This document shows positions 63,893 to 64,000 of a stretch of 64,000 nt of DNA, one piece after another (the first letter of the stretch is position 1; each line of letters begins with the position of its first letter). Source of the DNA: Geosiphon pyriformis uo1 (lineage: Eukaryota; Fungi; Glomeromycota); contig JAAOMT010000706.1 in NCBI GenBank assembly GCA_016748015.1, positions 324,807-388,806 of the forward strand, read 5' to 3'. Both the position numbers and the translations under genes were made by a program. The notes below the pieces were generated by a model. That model ran no database searches. It had not been told where the DNA came from and worked only from the letters and a program-made list of their open reading frames with translations.

Positions 63893-64000
63893 TACTTTTC
63901 AACATTAGATTTAGAGAATGGATACTGGCAAGTTGCTATGGATCCCAAAGACCGTCCCAAAACAGCATTTACCACTCACGGAGGAAATTATGAGTTAAAT

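Larger units (their letters stand above)
59374..64000 (+). mobile_element. Family A copy A-IV (least decayed; LTR, gag, PR, Cys domain, gap, RT); runs off the right edge
   Basis: LTR 59374-60357, PBS TGGTGCTCTTCCACGG at 60360, GTG at 60400, gag 61123-61907 with CHYC.ISGHWKRDC, PR LILDSGS, and RT YFSTLDLENGYWQV after the gap. Confidence 0.93.

Noticed and set aside
63534-63993. ORFs spanning N-runs; apparent loss of dUTPase in A-IV
   Set aside because: Artefacts of an assembly gap whose size is unreliable.

Overview
Eukaryotic, intron-containing, very AT-rich fungal DNA. Gene style and repeat content suggest Glomeromycotina, possibly a Geosiphon-like lineage; this is an inference from recalled sequence style and was not checked. 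A ~15 kb gene island (13.2-28.4 kb) carries an Rco1/PHF12-like double-PHD gene, a mitochondrial mS38/Cox24-like gene, a UPF0658-like membrane protein, an intronless DEDH Argonaute, a dead Fanzor2/TnpB and a truncated RSC/polybromo-like fragment. The island is flanked by degenerate RNase-H-bearing LINEs and a deep nest of Ty3/Gypsy-type LTR retrotransposons, whose LTRs, PBS, PPT and target-site duplications can be placed to the base. The most unusual signal is the architecture shared by two divergent LTR families (A and B). ORF1 runs N-extension, CA, NC, protease, a multi-CxxC domain, dUTPase, RT and RNase H; it has no upstream ATG but a conserved CAAA-GTG start, and it stops immediately after RNase H. 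Integrase is a separate out-of-frame ORF with its own ATG, and a third conserved non-env ORF follows. All repeats show directional C>T/G>A decay, not restricted to CpG, graded with nesting age.
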